DNA from: Clostridiales bacterium UBA1206
GTDB lineage: Bacteria > Bacillota > Clostridia > Oscillospirales > CAG-382
Reading direction: 5' to 3'
Length of the DNA stretch: 64,000 nt
Assembly: GCA_002310055.1 (NCBI GenBank)
Contig: DBXS01000034.1
Span: forward strand, 69,153 to 133,152
The notes beneath the pieces were generated by a model that ran no database searches, was not told the DNA's origin, and was given only the letters and a program-made list of their open reading frames with translations. Shown one piece after another: positions 55,107 through 64,000 of this stretch; within the stretch, counting starts at the first letter, position 1; each line of letters begins with the position of its first letter. The position numbers and the translations under genes are program-made.

Positions 55107-56879
55107 ATGAAAAGGTGCTTGGTATTTATGCTTTGTTTGATGCTTATGTGTACCGCTTTTATGTATTCGTGCGATAAAGGCGATGTCGAAGAAAGCGCGG
55201 CTCTTTCCGGCGAGACCCCGTCGGAAGCCGATACGTCATCCGCCGAAGGCTCGCAGGCTGAGATCGAACACGTTTCGGGCACGGCGGTCGTGAACAATAT
55301 CGAAGAGCTTCGCGCGCTTACAGTCGACGAACCCGACGTCACCGTGACGCTGCTCGGTTATTACGAACCGGGCGACGGCGGCCAGGGGATATTCTACTGG
55401 AGCGAAAAAGAAACGAGCCCCGATAACGGCGGTACGTTTATCAAATGCCAAAACGAAAAAGGACGTTTCGTCAGACTCTGCGAAGAGCAGGAAAGAAACG
55501 TCAAATGGTTCGGCGCCAAAGGCGACGGCAAGACCGACGACTGCAACGCGATACAGGCGGCGATCGACAGCCTGCCTCTGCGCGGCGGCATCGTCCGTAT
55601 CCCCGGCGGCTCGTATATCGTATCCAAGACGATAAACGTAGGCAACGGCAACGCTGCGGACAGCCGCTCGACTAAGAACGGTATCTCGCTCATAGGCAAC
55701 GGCTCAGGTCAGGGCGTGCATTCTTCCGCCGTACCCACTACCATTACGGCCGCCGCCTCTATGGAAAACGTCATTTCGGTAAACGGTCTTATTTCCGACG
55801 TCAAGCTGGAAGGCCTTTACGTAAGCGGCAACCTCACTGCCAAGAACGGCGTGTTTCTTCACGCGTTCATCGGCCTGCAGATGAAAGACGTGCGTATCTC
55901 GCAGTTCACCGAAAAAGGTCTGTATATTCTCGCAGGCGAGGCGCCTACCGGCAACTACAACATCTATAACCGTTTCGAAAACGTCAACGTGACTTCCGGC
56001 CGCGACGGCGCAGAATGTCTGTATATGGACGGCTGCTATGAAGCTTCCAACGACACGTGGCTCACCACCTTTACGCAGTGCGTTTTCGATACTCAGAACG
56101 GCAAGGGCAGCTACGGCGCACATTTCAAATTTGTCGACAGTATCTCCTTCTATTCCTGCCGCTTCACCGCAGGCGAGGAAAGCACGGGCATACTTTTCGA
56201 CGCGCTCGATAACAAGGATTTTCCGTCCGGCATAGGATTCTATTCGTGCTCGGTCAGCTCCACCAAGGTGCTCGAAGATAACGACCACAGCATACGCAAA
56301 CAGTATTTCTACGGTTTCTCGACCTCGAACGGCGAGATGATCCCCGATCACAGCCGTCTTATAGGCATAACCGATACAGGTATACCGTTCAACTTCGACG
56401 ACCTTATGATAAATGGCGGCGACGTATCGACACTCCCCGCCAAAAAGGGACTTGTCGATATCTATAATAACGCTGCGTGGAACCATTACAACCTCGCGGC
56501 GTCGGGCGCAAAAGTCGGCGTGCGTATCAACTGCGGCGGCAAACTTTCCGGCGGCAAAGCATATCTGCCGAGTTACGACAACTCTATCGGAACGGTTTAT
56601 ATCAAAGTTTATAAGTGGGATACCGACTACGATACAACTATCGGCGGCGAAGTTCTCACCGAATACGACTTTGTCGATTTCCAGGAAAACACCTGGCTGT
56701 CTTTTGAATTCCCGGATAAACTCGATCCCGGCGAATATCTCGTGGTATTTTCCGCCACAACACGCGCCGGCGATTACGGCGCGGGCATATGGGCGCAGGG
56801 TAAAACAAACAGCGTCATCACCTACTACAACGGAAGCGAAGTCGATTTCGGCGTGGCGGCGTCGCTCGATATAAAATAA
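55107..56879 (+). CDS. right-handed beta-helix lipoprotein, paralog 2, with an extra C-terminal ~170-aa beta-sandwich-like domain
   Basis: ATG at 55107, 6 nt after GGAGGA (55101 is also possible). Cys-containing signal FMYSC. NVKWFGAKGDGKTDDCNAIQAAIDSLPLRGGIVRIPGGSYIV. Confidence 0.72.
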   Translation: MKRCLVFMLCLMLMCTAFMYSCDKGDVEESAALSGETPSEADTSSAEGSQAEIEHVSGTAVVNNIEELRALTVDEPDVTVTLLGYYEPGDGGQGIFYWSEKETSPDNGGTFIKCQNEKGRFVRLCEEQERNVKWFGAKGDGKTDDCNAIQAAIDSLPLRGGIVRIPGGSYIVSKTINVGNGNAADSRSTKNGISLIGNGSGQGVHSSAVPTTITAAASMENVISVNGLISDVKLEGLYVSGNLTAKNGVFLHAFIGLQMKDVRISQFTEKGLYILAGEAPTGNYNIYNRFENVNVTSGRDGAECLYMDGCYEASNDTWLTTFTQCVFDTQNGKGSYGAHFKFVDSISFYSCRFTAGEESTGILFDALDNKDFPSGIGFYSCSVSSTKVLEDNDHSIRKQYFYGFSTSNGEMIPDHSRLIGITDTGIPFNFDDLMINGGDVSTLPAKKGLVDIYNNAAWNHYNLAASGAKVGVRINCGGKLSGGKAYLPSYDNSIGTVYIKVYKWDTDYDTTIGGEVLTEYDFVDFQENTWLSFEFPDKLDPGEYLVVFSATTRAGDYGAGIWAQGKTNSVITYYNGSEVDFGVAASLDIK

Positions 56880-56889
56880 GGTGGCCGTT

Positions 56890-58140
56890 ATGAAAAAAAT
56901 CAAAACGATCATCGGGTTTCTTTCGGTACTCTTCGCCTGCGCGGTAGTTTTTACTTCCTGCGCCGGCGCGAGCTTATCGAATATAAACGCGCTTACTGAT
57001 CAAGAACTGAATGCAAACGCCGCAGAGGTAGATATGGGATCTGTTATTACGTATTCATTTGATAACATTATGCAAATGCGCAAATTCGTTCCCGGTCAGA
57101 ACACCGCTTCGGTTTTGCTCAAAGGATACTATTATACCACAGACGGCGGCGGCGGGATGTTTTATTGGGACGGCGAATCTACGCTTGAACACGACGGCGG
57201 CATCGTAATTGCTCCCAACAACGCGGAAAAGGGAAGATATATCCGCATCTGCGAAAGCGATTACCGCAACGTCAAATGGTTCGGCGCGGTCGGCAGCGGT
57301 TCTAACAACGATACCGACGCCATAAGGAAAGCTATCGCCAGCCTGCCTCCTTCGGGCGGCACCGTGTATTTCCCCGGCGGCACGTACTGCATCAACGATA
57401 CGATAAACATCGGCAACGGCGACGGAGAAGGCGTGCGTTCTGAATACAACGGCATCAAGCTCATCGGCTGCGGATGTTCCATCAGAGCCACAAGAGATAT
57501 CGACGTTATGATATCTATCAACGGCAGGATCTGCGACGTCGTTATCGACGGCATCGATATTTACGCAAATCAGCTCGCAAAGACTTGCATACTGGCGCGC
57601 GCGGTCAACTCGCTGCGTGTTTCAAACCTTGCCGTGAGTATGTTTACCGAATGCGGCCTGCATCTTATTGGCGGCAAGACTAACGGCAGCGGCAACGTCA
57701 ACTGCACTTTTGAATCGGTGAATTCCGTATCTATCGTGAACAACGTCATATGCGTGCTAATCGACGGCGACGGCACGAACTGTCCTACCGAAAACTGCAG
57801 ATTCATCGACAGCCGTTTCGACGTCCACACCACCGCCGGCAGTATGGCGACTCTCATTCGCAACGCACACGCGATCGAGTTTTACCGCTGCCACTTCGCA
57901 GGATACAACGACGAAGAGTCTGAATATCTCGTGCTCGAAGCAGCAGCTGACGGCTCGCCCTACGGCATCACCTACTACGACTGTTCGGTGAAACGTATAA
58001 AAATAATTGAAGAAAACGGCAATTCCATAGGCGACAGCTTCTTCTACGGATACGGCACGTACGATCTCGAAGATACGCCCGATCATCCGCGCCTCCACGG
58101 TATCACGGACAGCGGAATGCCGTTTAATCTCGGCGGTTGA
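56890..58140 (+). CDS. right-handed beta-helix lipoprotein, paralog 3
   Basis: ATG at 56890 after AAGGTGG. Lipobox VFTSC. NVKWFGAVGSGSNNDTDAIRKAIASLPPSGGTVYFPGGTYCI. Shares the C-terminal HPRLHGITDSGMPFN motif with paralog 2 (HSRLIGITDTGIPFN). Confidence 0.72.
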   Translation: MKKIKTIIGFLSVLFACAVVFTSCAGASLSNINALTDQELNANAAEVDMGSVITYSFDNIMQMRKFVPGQNTASVLLKGYYYTTDGGGGMFYWDGESTLEHDGGIVIAPNNAEKGRYIRICESDYRNVKWFGAVGSGSNNDTDAIRKAIASLPPSGGTVYFPGGTYCINDTINIGNGDGEGVRSEYNGIKLIGCGCSIRATRDIDVMISINGRICDVVIDGIDIYANQLAKTCILARAVNSLRVSNLAVSMFTECGLHLIGGKTNGSGNVNCTFESVNSVSIVNNVICVLIDGDGTNCPTENCRFIDSRFDVHTTAGSMATLIRNAHAIEFYRCHFAGYNDEESEYLVLEAAADGSPYGITYYDCSVKRIKIIEENGNSIGDSFFYGYGTYDLEDTPDHPRLHGITDSGMPFNLGG

Positions 58141-58144
58141 TGCT

Positions 58145-59674
58145 ATGATGAAAAACGACGCTTCGTTCAAAACAACCGATAAGCTCCTCAGCGCCATATA
58201 CGACAGCGCAGTCAGGACCGAAAAACACAATATTGTCGATTTCAACGGCAGGCGCGCCGTGGTCGAAGGCGGCGATTACCGCAATCTCTGGCTCGAAACG
58301 CAGCCGATGGGCGGCGAGATGTACGCAAAATACGATCTCGAAGCCGGGTTCAACAACATCGACCTGTTTATGGACGCAATGGACGATGAAGGCATGATGC
58401 CCGGTATGCTCACCTATATCGATAACGTTTACGGCGAGCGGCACGATTTTATCCAGGGCTACTGTTTCCCGTATCCTGCGCTTAATATGTATTATCTCAT
58501 AGGCGAGGACAGGGAGTGGCTTTTAAAGCTCTACAACGTGCTCAAGCTCAACGACGAATGGTTCTGGAAGAATCGCGAAAGCGACGGCGACGGGTGCCTT
58601 GAAGCCTGGTGCCCCTGCGATACCGGCGAGGACTATTCCGCAAAGTTTTTCGGCGCTCCGCATTTCTGGACCGCCAAAACTCCGCCGGACGAATCGTGGG
58701 CAAAGTATCATCTCCCGCGCGAATCTATGGACCTTATGGCTTATTCATACGACGCGCGCAATACGCTCGCAAAGATAAGCGAAATACTCCAAAACGGCGA
58801 GACAGAATACTGGCTCGAAAAAGCAAGGTATGTAAAAGATAAAGTCCGCTCGTATCTGTGGCGCGAAGAAAAGCACGCGTGCTACGACCGCGATGAAAAC
58901 AACGAATTCTTGGAGATATTGGTCCATAACAACATCCGTTGTATGTACCACGGTCTGTTCGATCAGCATATGGCGGATAACTTCATCAAATACCATATGT
59001 TCAATCCCGAAGAGTTCTGGACCAAGATGCCGCTGCCATCTATTGCAGTTAACGATCCGTGTTTCAAGAACATAAAGACCAACGACTGGAGCGGTCAGCC
59101 CGAAGGGCTCACTTTCCAGCGTTCGGTGCGCGCTCTTGAAAATTACGGACATTACGCGGAGCAGGTCCGCGTCGCCGAAAAGCTGTTCGAAGGCGTCGGC
59201 ACGCAGGCGCTGTTCACGCAGCAGTTCGATCCGTTCACCGGCGAGCCTTCTATGGAAAACAATCCCGGCGACTACGGTCCCACGCTGCTTGCCTGCTTAG
59301 AGTATATGTCGCGCCTTTACGGCGTGAGCCGCAGCATAGATACTATGATCTGGGGCGCCTGCGCCAAGGACGGCAATACCTACGATTACGTTCAGAAATA
59401 CGGCGAAAAGGAATACCGCATAGTCAGCGATTCCGTAAATGCCACTGGGTACGTCGACGGCAAAGCTGTTTTTAATGTCAGCTGCGGATGCCGCGTCGAG
59501 ACCGGCCTTGACGGCTCGTTAAAGCGCGTTATATGCACAAATAGAGAGCCGACGGTATTCCATATCGTTTCGCAAGATATCGTCCTTGACGTCCTTCTGG
59601 AGCCCAACGCGTTAATCGATATCGAAAACGGGATTTCGGTTCCGGATAATTCCGTCAAGTATTACGGCGACTGA
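58145..59674 (+). CDS. cytoplasmic (alpha/alpha)6-barrel glycoside hydrolase-like protein (GH63/trehalase-like clan)
   Basis: 509 aa with no signal peptide. LWLETQPMGG, DGDGCLEAW...DTGEDYS and WSGQPEGLTFQ resemble six-hairpin glycosidases. The family assignment is tentative. Confidence 0.5.
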   Translation: MMKNDASFKTTDKLLSAIYDSAVRTEKHNIVDFNGRRAVVEGGDYRNLWLETQPMGGEMYAKYDLEAGFNNIDLFMDAMDDEGMMPGMLTYIDNVYGERHDFIQGYCFPYPALNMYYLIGEDREWLLKLYNVLKLNDEWFWKNRESDGDGCLEAWCPCDTGEDYSAKFFGAPHFWTAKTPPDESWAKYHLPRESMDLMAYSYDARNTLAKISEILQNGETEYWLEKARYVKDKVRSYLWREEKHACYDRDENNEFLEILVHNNIRCMYHGLFDQHMADNFIKYHMFNPEEFWTKMPLPSIAVNDPCFKNIKTNDWSGQPEGLTFQRSVRALENYGHYAEQVRVAEKLFEGVGTQALFTQQFDPFTGEPSMENNPGDYGPTLLACLEYMSRLYGVSRSIDTMIWGACAKDGNTYDYVQKYGEKEYRIVSDSVNATGYVDGKAVFNVSCGCRVETGLDGSLKRVICTNREPTVFHIVSQDIVLDVLLEPNALIDIENGISVPDNSVKYYGD

Positions 59675-59683
59675 TAATCAAAT

Positions 59684-59718
59684 AACGGCGGTCATAAGGC
59701 CGCCGTTTTGCTTTGTTT
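59684..59718 (+). terminator. rho-independent terminator after the glycosidase gene
   Basis: Stem aacggcgg/ccgccgtt followed by ttgctttgttt. Confidence 0.65.
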
Positions 59719-59721
59719 ATA

Positions 59722-59753
59722 AGAAAAAAGCTCCCGTTATTCGCGGGAGCTTT
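59722..59753 (-). terminator. rho-independent terminator after the AI-2E transporter gene
   Basis: The minus strand reads aaagctcccgcgaataacgggagc followed by ttttttc. Confidence 0.65.
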
Positions 59754-59756
59754 AGT

Positions 59757-61118
59757 TTATTTTTCGTGCTTGAATACGTATTTGATCTTTTTGAAGAGCT
59801 TGCTGAAAAATTCGGCGATGCCGCTGTTGCGCGGCTTGACGCGCTCTTCCATCTCTTCGCGTTTTTCGGCTTCGTGATCTATCATTTCAAAGCGGTCTTC
59901 GTCTATATTATACGAATGGACTTCAAGATAATACTCGGTATCGACCGGGTATCCCTTTTTGGCGGCGCGCTTGTCGGTAAGACGGTGTATGACGTACGCG
60001 ATGACCGCGAGCATGGGAACGCCGAGGATCAAGCCGATAAAGCCGAACATCGCACCGAAGAAAAGCAATGCGAACGTTACCCAGAATTCCGAAACGCCCG
60101 TAACGTTGCCAAGGATCTTAGGCGCAATTATGTTGCCTTCGATCTGTTGCAGGATAAATATGAATATTATGAATATCAGCGCTTTTATCGGGCTTATGAT
60201 GAATATGATTATCGCCGAAGGGATGGCGCCTATGAACGGCCCGAAGAACGGTATGATGTTCGTTATACCTACAAGCGCCGCGATAAGCGCCGAATAAGGT
60301 ATACCGGCGATAAGGTTGAAAATGAAGCAGATGATGCCGACGACGAGCGAATCGATGACCGAACCGAGCATATATTTACCGAAAACGCGGTAGCCGACTC
60401 TGCCTACGTCGACGATAAGATTCGACGTTTCCGGCTTGAACGTCGCGTAGACGATCTTTTTAGACCATTTTACAAAGTCTTTTTTCTCGTTCAATATATA
60501 GATCGCTATAATAAAACCGATCAAAAAGTCGAGTATGAATTTGAGCACGTTCCAGGCGGCGCTTGTGATGGTCGACACGCTTGAGAGGAGGGAATTGTTG
60601 ACCCACGCTTCGAACTGCGCAAAAGCGGTGTCGACGTATTTCTGGAAATTGCCCGCCCAGGATTTGTCGGCGTTCCATTCTTCGAGCTTGGAATTGACCT
60701 TCTGGATCAGTTCGGGGATATCTTTTGCGAAAGTCTTTATGGAGTTTAAGAGTTCGGGTATGATGAGCATCGCGACGAGAGCCACCAGAAGGACGCCTAT
60801 GGTGATGGCGATGGCGATCGACCAGTGGCGCGCCTTGACTTCCGCTTTCCTGCGAACGCGCTCTCTTTTTGAATTTTCAAAACGTTTTTGAAAAGTTTCG
60901 TGCAGCAGAACGACAATCGGGTTCAGTATGAGCGCGAACATCAACCCGCATATGATCGAAGCTAAATACCTTAAATAATAATTGACCGTTTCTTTGATCG
61001 AAGGAAAATACCAGATCAGCGTAAATACGGCAAGGCACGCTACGATAAGCCAAAAGATGCCTTTATAATCGCGGAACGTCTTGGTGCGATTTTCATTGGA
61101 ATTGTTTTCAATATCCAT
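59757..61118 (-). CDS. AI-2E family transporter (PerM/UPF0118)
   Basis: 453 aa, polytopic. GIPYSALIAALVGITNIIPFFGPFIGAIPS is the family signature. Confidence 0.85.
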   Translation of the reverse strand: MDIENNSNENRTKTFRDYKGIFWLIVACLAVFTLIWYFPSIKETVNYYLRYLASIICGLMFALILNPIVVLLHETFQKRFENSKRERVRRKAEVKARHWSIAIAITIGVLLVALVAMLIIPELLNSIKTFAKDIPELIQKVNSKLEEWNADKSWAGNFQKYVDTAFAQFEAWVNNSLLSSVSTITSAAWNVLKFILDFLIGFIIAIYILNEKKDFVKWSKKIVYATFKPETSNLIVDVGRVGYRVFGKYMLGSVIDSLVVGIICFIFNLIAGIPYSALIAALVGITNIIPFFGPFIGAIPSAIIIFIISPIKALIFIIFIFILQQIEGNIIAPKILGNVTGVSEFWVTFALLFFGAMFGFIGLILGVPMLAVIAYVIHRLTDKRAAKKGYPVDTEYYLEVHSYNIDEDRFEMIDHEAEKREEMEERVKPRNSGIAEFFSKLFKKIKYVFKHEK

Positions 61119-61188
61119 AGCGTACTCCTTTTTTCTTTTTATTTTACATTATTTTTTTTACTAATACAATACTTTTTTAAAAATATTT

Positions 61189-61581
61189 TTATCTTCTGCG
61201 TAATATTTTTCGTTTGTTTGGCCGCTTTGTTTTTGTGCGCGACTTTGATACGAACACAATAAGACCCGCGGCGGCGCAAATCAGCGGAGACGCGAACGAA
61301 GAAACGCTTTCGGTACCCGCAAAAAGCGAAAAGCACAGCATAAGGACCGCAAGGATCGCCGAAAAGATAAGCGCGTCATACGGGCTGCCTCCGGCGCGGA
61401 CGAGATACTCGCAGGATATAATGCAGGAAATAAGATCCGCGGCACACGCCGAATAGAACGCGAGCGTTTTGTCAGCGTCGGTCTTCAATAATATGAACGC
61501 GAATATCGCCGATACCGATATCAGCACAAGTAGAAATACGACCAATGCAAATCCGTAACGTTTGACGGTTTCTTTTTTCAT
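61189..61581 (-). CDS. small integral membrane protein (about 4 TM), hypothetical
   Basis: ATG at 61581 after AAGGAG. 130 aa, hydrophobic, with a basic C-terminal tail. Confidence 0.55.
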   Translation of the reverse strand: MKKETVKRYGFALVVFLLVLISVSAIFAFILLKTDADKTLAFYSACAADLISCIISCEYLVRAGGSPYDALIFSAILAVLMLCFSLFAGTESVSSFASPLICAAAGLIVFVSKSRTKTKRPNKRKILRRR

Positions 61582-61633
61582 AATGGCGCTCCTTATAATC
61601 GTTATAGTCAATTATATTAAGAGCGCCCGGAAC

Positions 61634-62698
61634 TTATACGCCGAAAATCTCTTTCGCAAGATCCACGAACGCCTTGTCGGCTGCTGCAAAATCCGCGCGC
61701 AGCGAATAAACCGATTCTATCTTCATATGCACCTGTTTGGCTTGGATCATATATTCGCGCGCGGAATTTATCGCCCGGTCATAGACGGATTTGACACGTG
61801 AAAGCTCGGCTTTCGCGTTCTTATATCCGATAGGATCGACAAACCGTTTTTTGTTTATACTCCTTGCGTTATCAAGCACGAAATATCTTCCGCTGACGTA
61901 CGCTTTTTCGCCGATACACAGAGCGCAAACGCTTTCGGTATTCACCGGCGAAGGGATAATCAGGCATTCAACGCCGTTTGTTTCGCACGTCTTCGCAGCA
62001 TTCTCCAGCACAAGCTCGGACGAGCCGAAAACGTCGCCTATAACGGTGATATCTGCGGCGTTTTCGGGCAAAGAAACAGTAAAACCGTCGCAGTTGAAAC
62101 ACGCGCACGGCAGTACGGTCGCTTTTCCGCGCATACGGTTTTTGATTATAGATTTTGTAAAACGCTCTGTTCTTTCTCGGCCTATTACTTTCTGCAATGC
62201 TGATCTCATAATTGCATCCGCGTTTCCCGCGGCGGCCAGCGATAAATATGCTTTGGAATAGAGTTCTTTCTTTTTATCCGCGGCTTCTATTATCGAAGAA
62301 CCGTATTTTTCTGCGAAATCGCCGTCAAAGTCTGCCGATATGTCTATTATCTTGTCTTTTATCAAAGGCGTTTGCGGTTCAAGTACGTGAGGCGCCGTTC
62401 CGTCTGCGACCGCATATCCCAGTTCGGGAAATATCACTCCGTCAAACGAATCGCTGTCCGCCGAGCATCTCACTGGTACCGTTTTCGTGCCGAGCTTCTT
62501 GCCTCTGTAAAACAGCCTCTTCATAAGAGTCGATTTTCCGCACCCCGGAGTGCCTTTGAGAATAAAGATCCTGTCAACGTCTTCAAGCAGTCTTTCCAGC
62601 GCCGGGACGTAACCGCCGTATGTGTTGTAACCTGCGAATAAATTGCCGAAACCGATGCTTTCCGTAAAGATTCCTCCAATACAAAACTCTGTTGACAT
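61634..62698 (-). CDS. P-loop NTPase of unknown function (PRK06851-like)
   Basis: 354 aa. Walker A GTPGCGKSTLMKR. The rest is unassigned. Confidence 0.6.
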   Translation of the reverse strand: MSTEFCIGGIFTESIGFGNLFAGYNTYGGYVPALERLLEDVDRIFILKGTPGCGKSTLMKRLFYRGKKLGTKTVPVRCSADSDSFDGVIFPELGYAVADGTAPHVLEPQTPLIKDKIIDISADFDGDFAEKYGSSIIEAADKKKELYSKAYLSLAAAGNADAIMRSALQKVIGRERTERFTKSIIKNRMRGKATVLPCACFNCDGFTVSLPENAADITVIGDVFGSSELVLENAAKTCETNGVECLIIPSPVNTESVCALCIGEKAYVSGRYFVLDNARSINKKRFVDPIGYKNAKAELSRVKSVYDRAINSAREYMIQAKQVHMKIESVYSLRADFAAADKAFVDLAKEIFGV

Positions 62699-62721
62699 TA
62701 TATTCGCTTAAATACGATATG

Positions 62722-62752
62722 ACAAAAAAGCGGAGCGCGTCTGCGCCCCGCT
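62722..62752 (-). terminator. rho-independent terminator after the PrsA-like gene
   Basis: The minus strand reads agcggggcgcagacgcgctccgct followed by tttttg. Confidence 0.6.
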
Positions 62753-62767
62753 GTTAAAAACGGTATT

Positions 62768-64000
62768 TCAGGAGTTTTCGTCGATAGGCACGAGATCGAG
62801 CGCGAGCGCGGTAAGGAAATCGAACTTGGAAAGCTCTTCTTCGTCCACTATCACTTCGGAATAAAAGCCTCTGATGAATTTGTCGAATTCGCTTTGCGCG
62901 AGCGATTTGTAAGTTTCGTCGTATCTTTCCTTGTAATCATCTTCGGAAAACGCGACTTTCTTTAGCACGACGCATCCGCTCGAAAGTTCAACTATGGCGT
63001 AATCGTTTACGTTGATCTGGTTGGCTTTCTCTACGATAGATTCGTCCATTTCGTCGTCTTTGTAGATGATTCCGGGAGTGTAATTACCGAAAACGTCCGG
63101 TTTGGATTCGCTGTCGGAATAGTCTTCAAATGAAGCCATACCGCCGACTACTTTCTCGTACGCGGCCTGTGCGTATTGGTTTATCGCGTCGATCGCAAGG
63201 CCTTCATATGCAGTAGATTTGATCGAATCGTCTATATCGTCGCCTTCCATCATTTGGCGCTCGATGACGTAATAGCCGATCTCGGTGCTGACGAGAGCGC
63301 ATTCGCCGGCTTTGAGCGCAAACGCGGCGTCTTCGACCGGTTTGACGCGTTCGTCGGTTTCGCCCTTTGAAAGAACGATGGGGTCGGATTTGGATTCGCT
63401 GTATTTTTCCACGGCGGCGTCGAATGTGATCTCGCCGTTTTTCAGTTCGCTGTACGCCTGATTTGCGGTCGCTTCTTTTTGGGCTATCTCCTCTTCGCTG
63501 AGCTTGTTAAGGGTGGTGATATCGATAGTATAAAGAAGAACGTATTTGATCTTTGCGTACTTGTTTGCGATATACTCGTTGATCTGTTCGTCGGTGACGG
63601 AATCGATCTGCTTGATCGTTTTGTTGCCTTCATCGTCGCTTTCGTAATATGCGTAGTACAAAACGTCGATCTTGTTGTAATCTTTTTCGAACTGTTCTTT
63701 AACGGCGTTTTCGTCAAGACGCTGCGCGCCGTTTTCGCCGTAGAGATGATCGAAAAGCAGATCCGCCGACATCGTGCTGTAAAGATACTGCTTTTCAACG
63801 TCGTAATCGGCGCCAAACTGCGAAAGCAGAATGTTGAGATATTCCAGGCTGCCTGCGGTCTGGATATCTTCTTCAAGCACTTTTTCTATTTCGGCTATAG
63901 CGGATTCGTCGGTTATCTCGAGCCCGTACTGCTTGCAGAAATGATCAATTATGACCAAATACTTCGCGCTTTCGATGATCATATTGTTCGTCGCCTGAGC
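62768..64000 (-). CDS. PrsA/SurA-like peptidylprolyl isomerase (parvulin domain), C-terminal part; 5' end beyond window
   Basis: The frame stays open to position 64000. FDAAVEKYSESKSD...VEDAAFALKAGECALVSTEIGYYVIER fits a parvulin PPIase. No signal peptide follows the first in-window Met, so the true start lies outside the window. Confidence 0.6.
   Translation of the reverse strand, partial: AQATNNMIIESAKYLVIIDHFCKQYGLEITDESAIAEIEKVLEEDIQTAGSLEYLNILLSQFGADYDVEKQYLYSTMSADLLFDHLYGENGAQRLDENAVKEQFEKDYNKIDVLYYAYYESDDEGNKTIKQIDSVTDEQINEYIANKYAKIKYVLLYTIDITTLNKLSEEEIAQKEATANQAYSELKNGEITFDAAVEKYSESKSDPIVLSKGETDERVKPVEDAAFALKAGECALVSTEIGYYVIERQMMEGDDIDDSIKSTAYEGLAIDAINQYAQAAYEKVVGGMASFEDYSDSESKPDVFGNYTPGIIYKDDEMDESIVEKANQINVNDYAIVELSSGCVVLKKVAFSEDDYKERYDETYKSLAQSEFDKFIRGFYSEVIVDEEELSKFDFLTALALDLVPIDENS

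Noticed and set aside
49132-58140. Beta-helix proteins as prophage tailspikes or depolymerases.
   Set aside because: All three carry lipoprotein-type signal peptides. They are embedded with SBPs, an AraC regulator and a glycosidase. No phage structural, lysis or integration genes are present.

Overview
The window is a chromosomal segment from a monoderm bacterium, most likely Bacillota/Clostridia. This is judged from gene content (comEC-holA, lepA-hemW, separate secD/secF, lipobox lipoproteins) and from TRTGn-extended -10 promoters. GC looks mid-50s by eye and was not computed. About 60 CDS and 5 tRNAs can be supported.

Housekeeping blocks:
- mtaB, Toprim protein, holA, comEC, HIT protein and alaS.
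- rpsB-tsf.
- A tRNA Asp-Phe-Gly-Thr operon.
- An SGNH hydrolase, GtrA, lepA, hemW string.
- A methylthioadenosine salvage trio (mtaD, PNP, mtnA) followed by a lipid kinase.
- secDF.
- A seven-gene shikimate/aromatic operon with two fusion ORFs.

Two accessory regions stand out:
1. 30.28-39.54 kb is a self-contained type IV pilus/Com-like operon with its own promoter and terminator. It encodes three non-canonical prepilins, a PilM-like protein, PilD, PilC and PilB. It ends in a 921-aa soluble orphan protein whose start lies 21 nt after the PilB stop. PilN/O and PilT are absent.
2. 47.6-59.7 kb holds two paralogous cassettes, each a large solute-binding lipoprotein plus right-handed beta-helix (pectate-lyase-3-like) lipoprotein(s). 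An AraC regulator and a cytoplasmic (alpha/alpha)6 glycosidase accompany them, but no ABC permease or ATPase does. A double-zinc-ribbon membrane protein / TPM-domain pair sits between the cassettes.

I saw no CRISPR array, integrase, transposase or rRNA. All family assignments come from reading the translated ORFs and remembering motifs. No database search was run.
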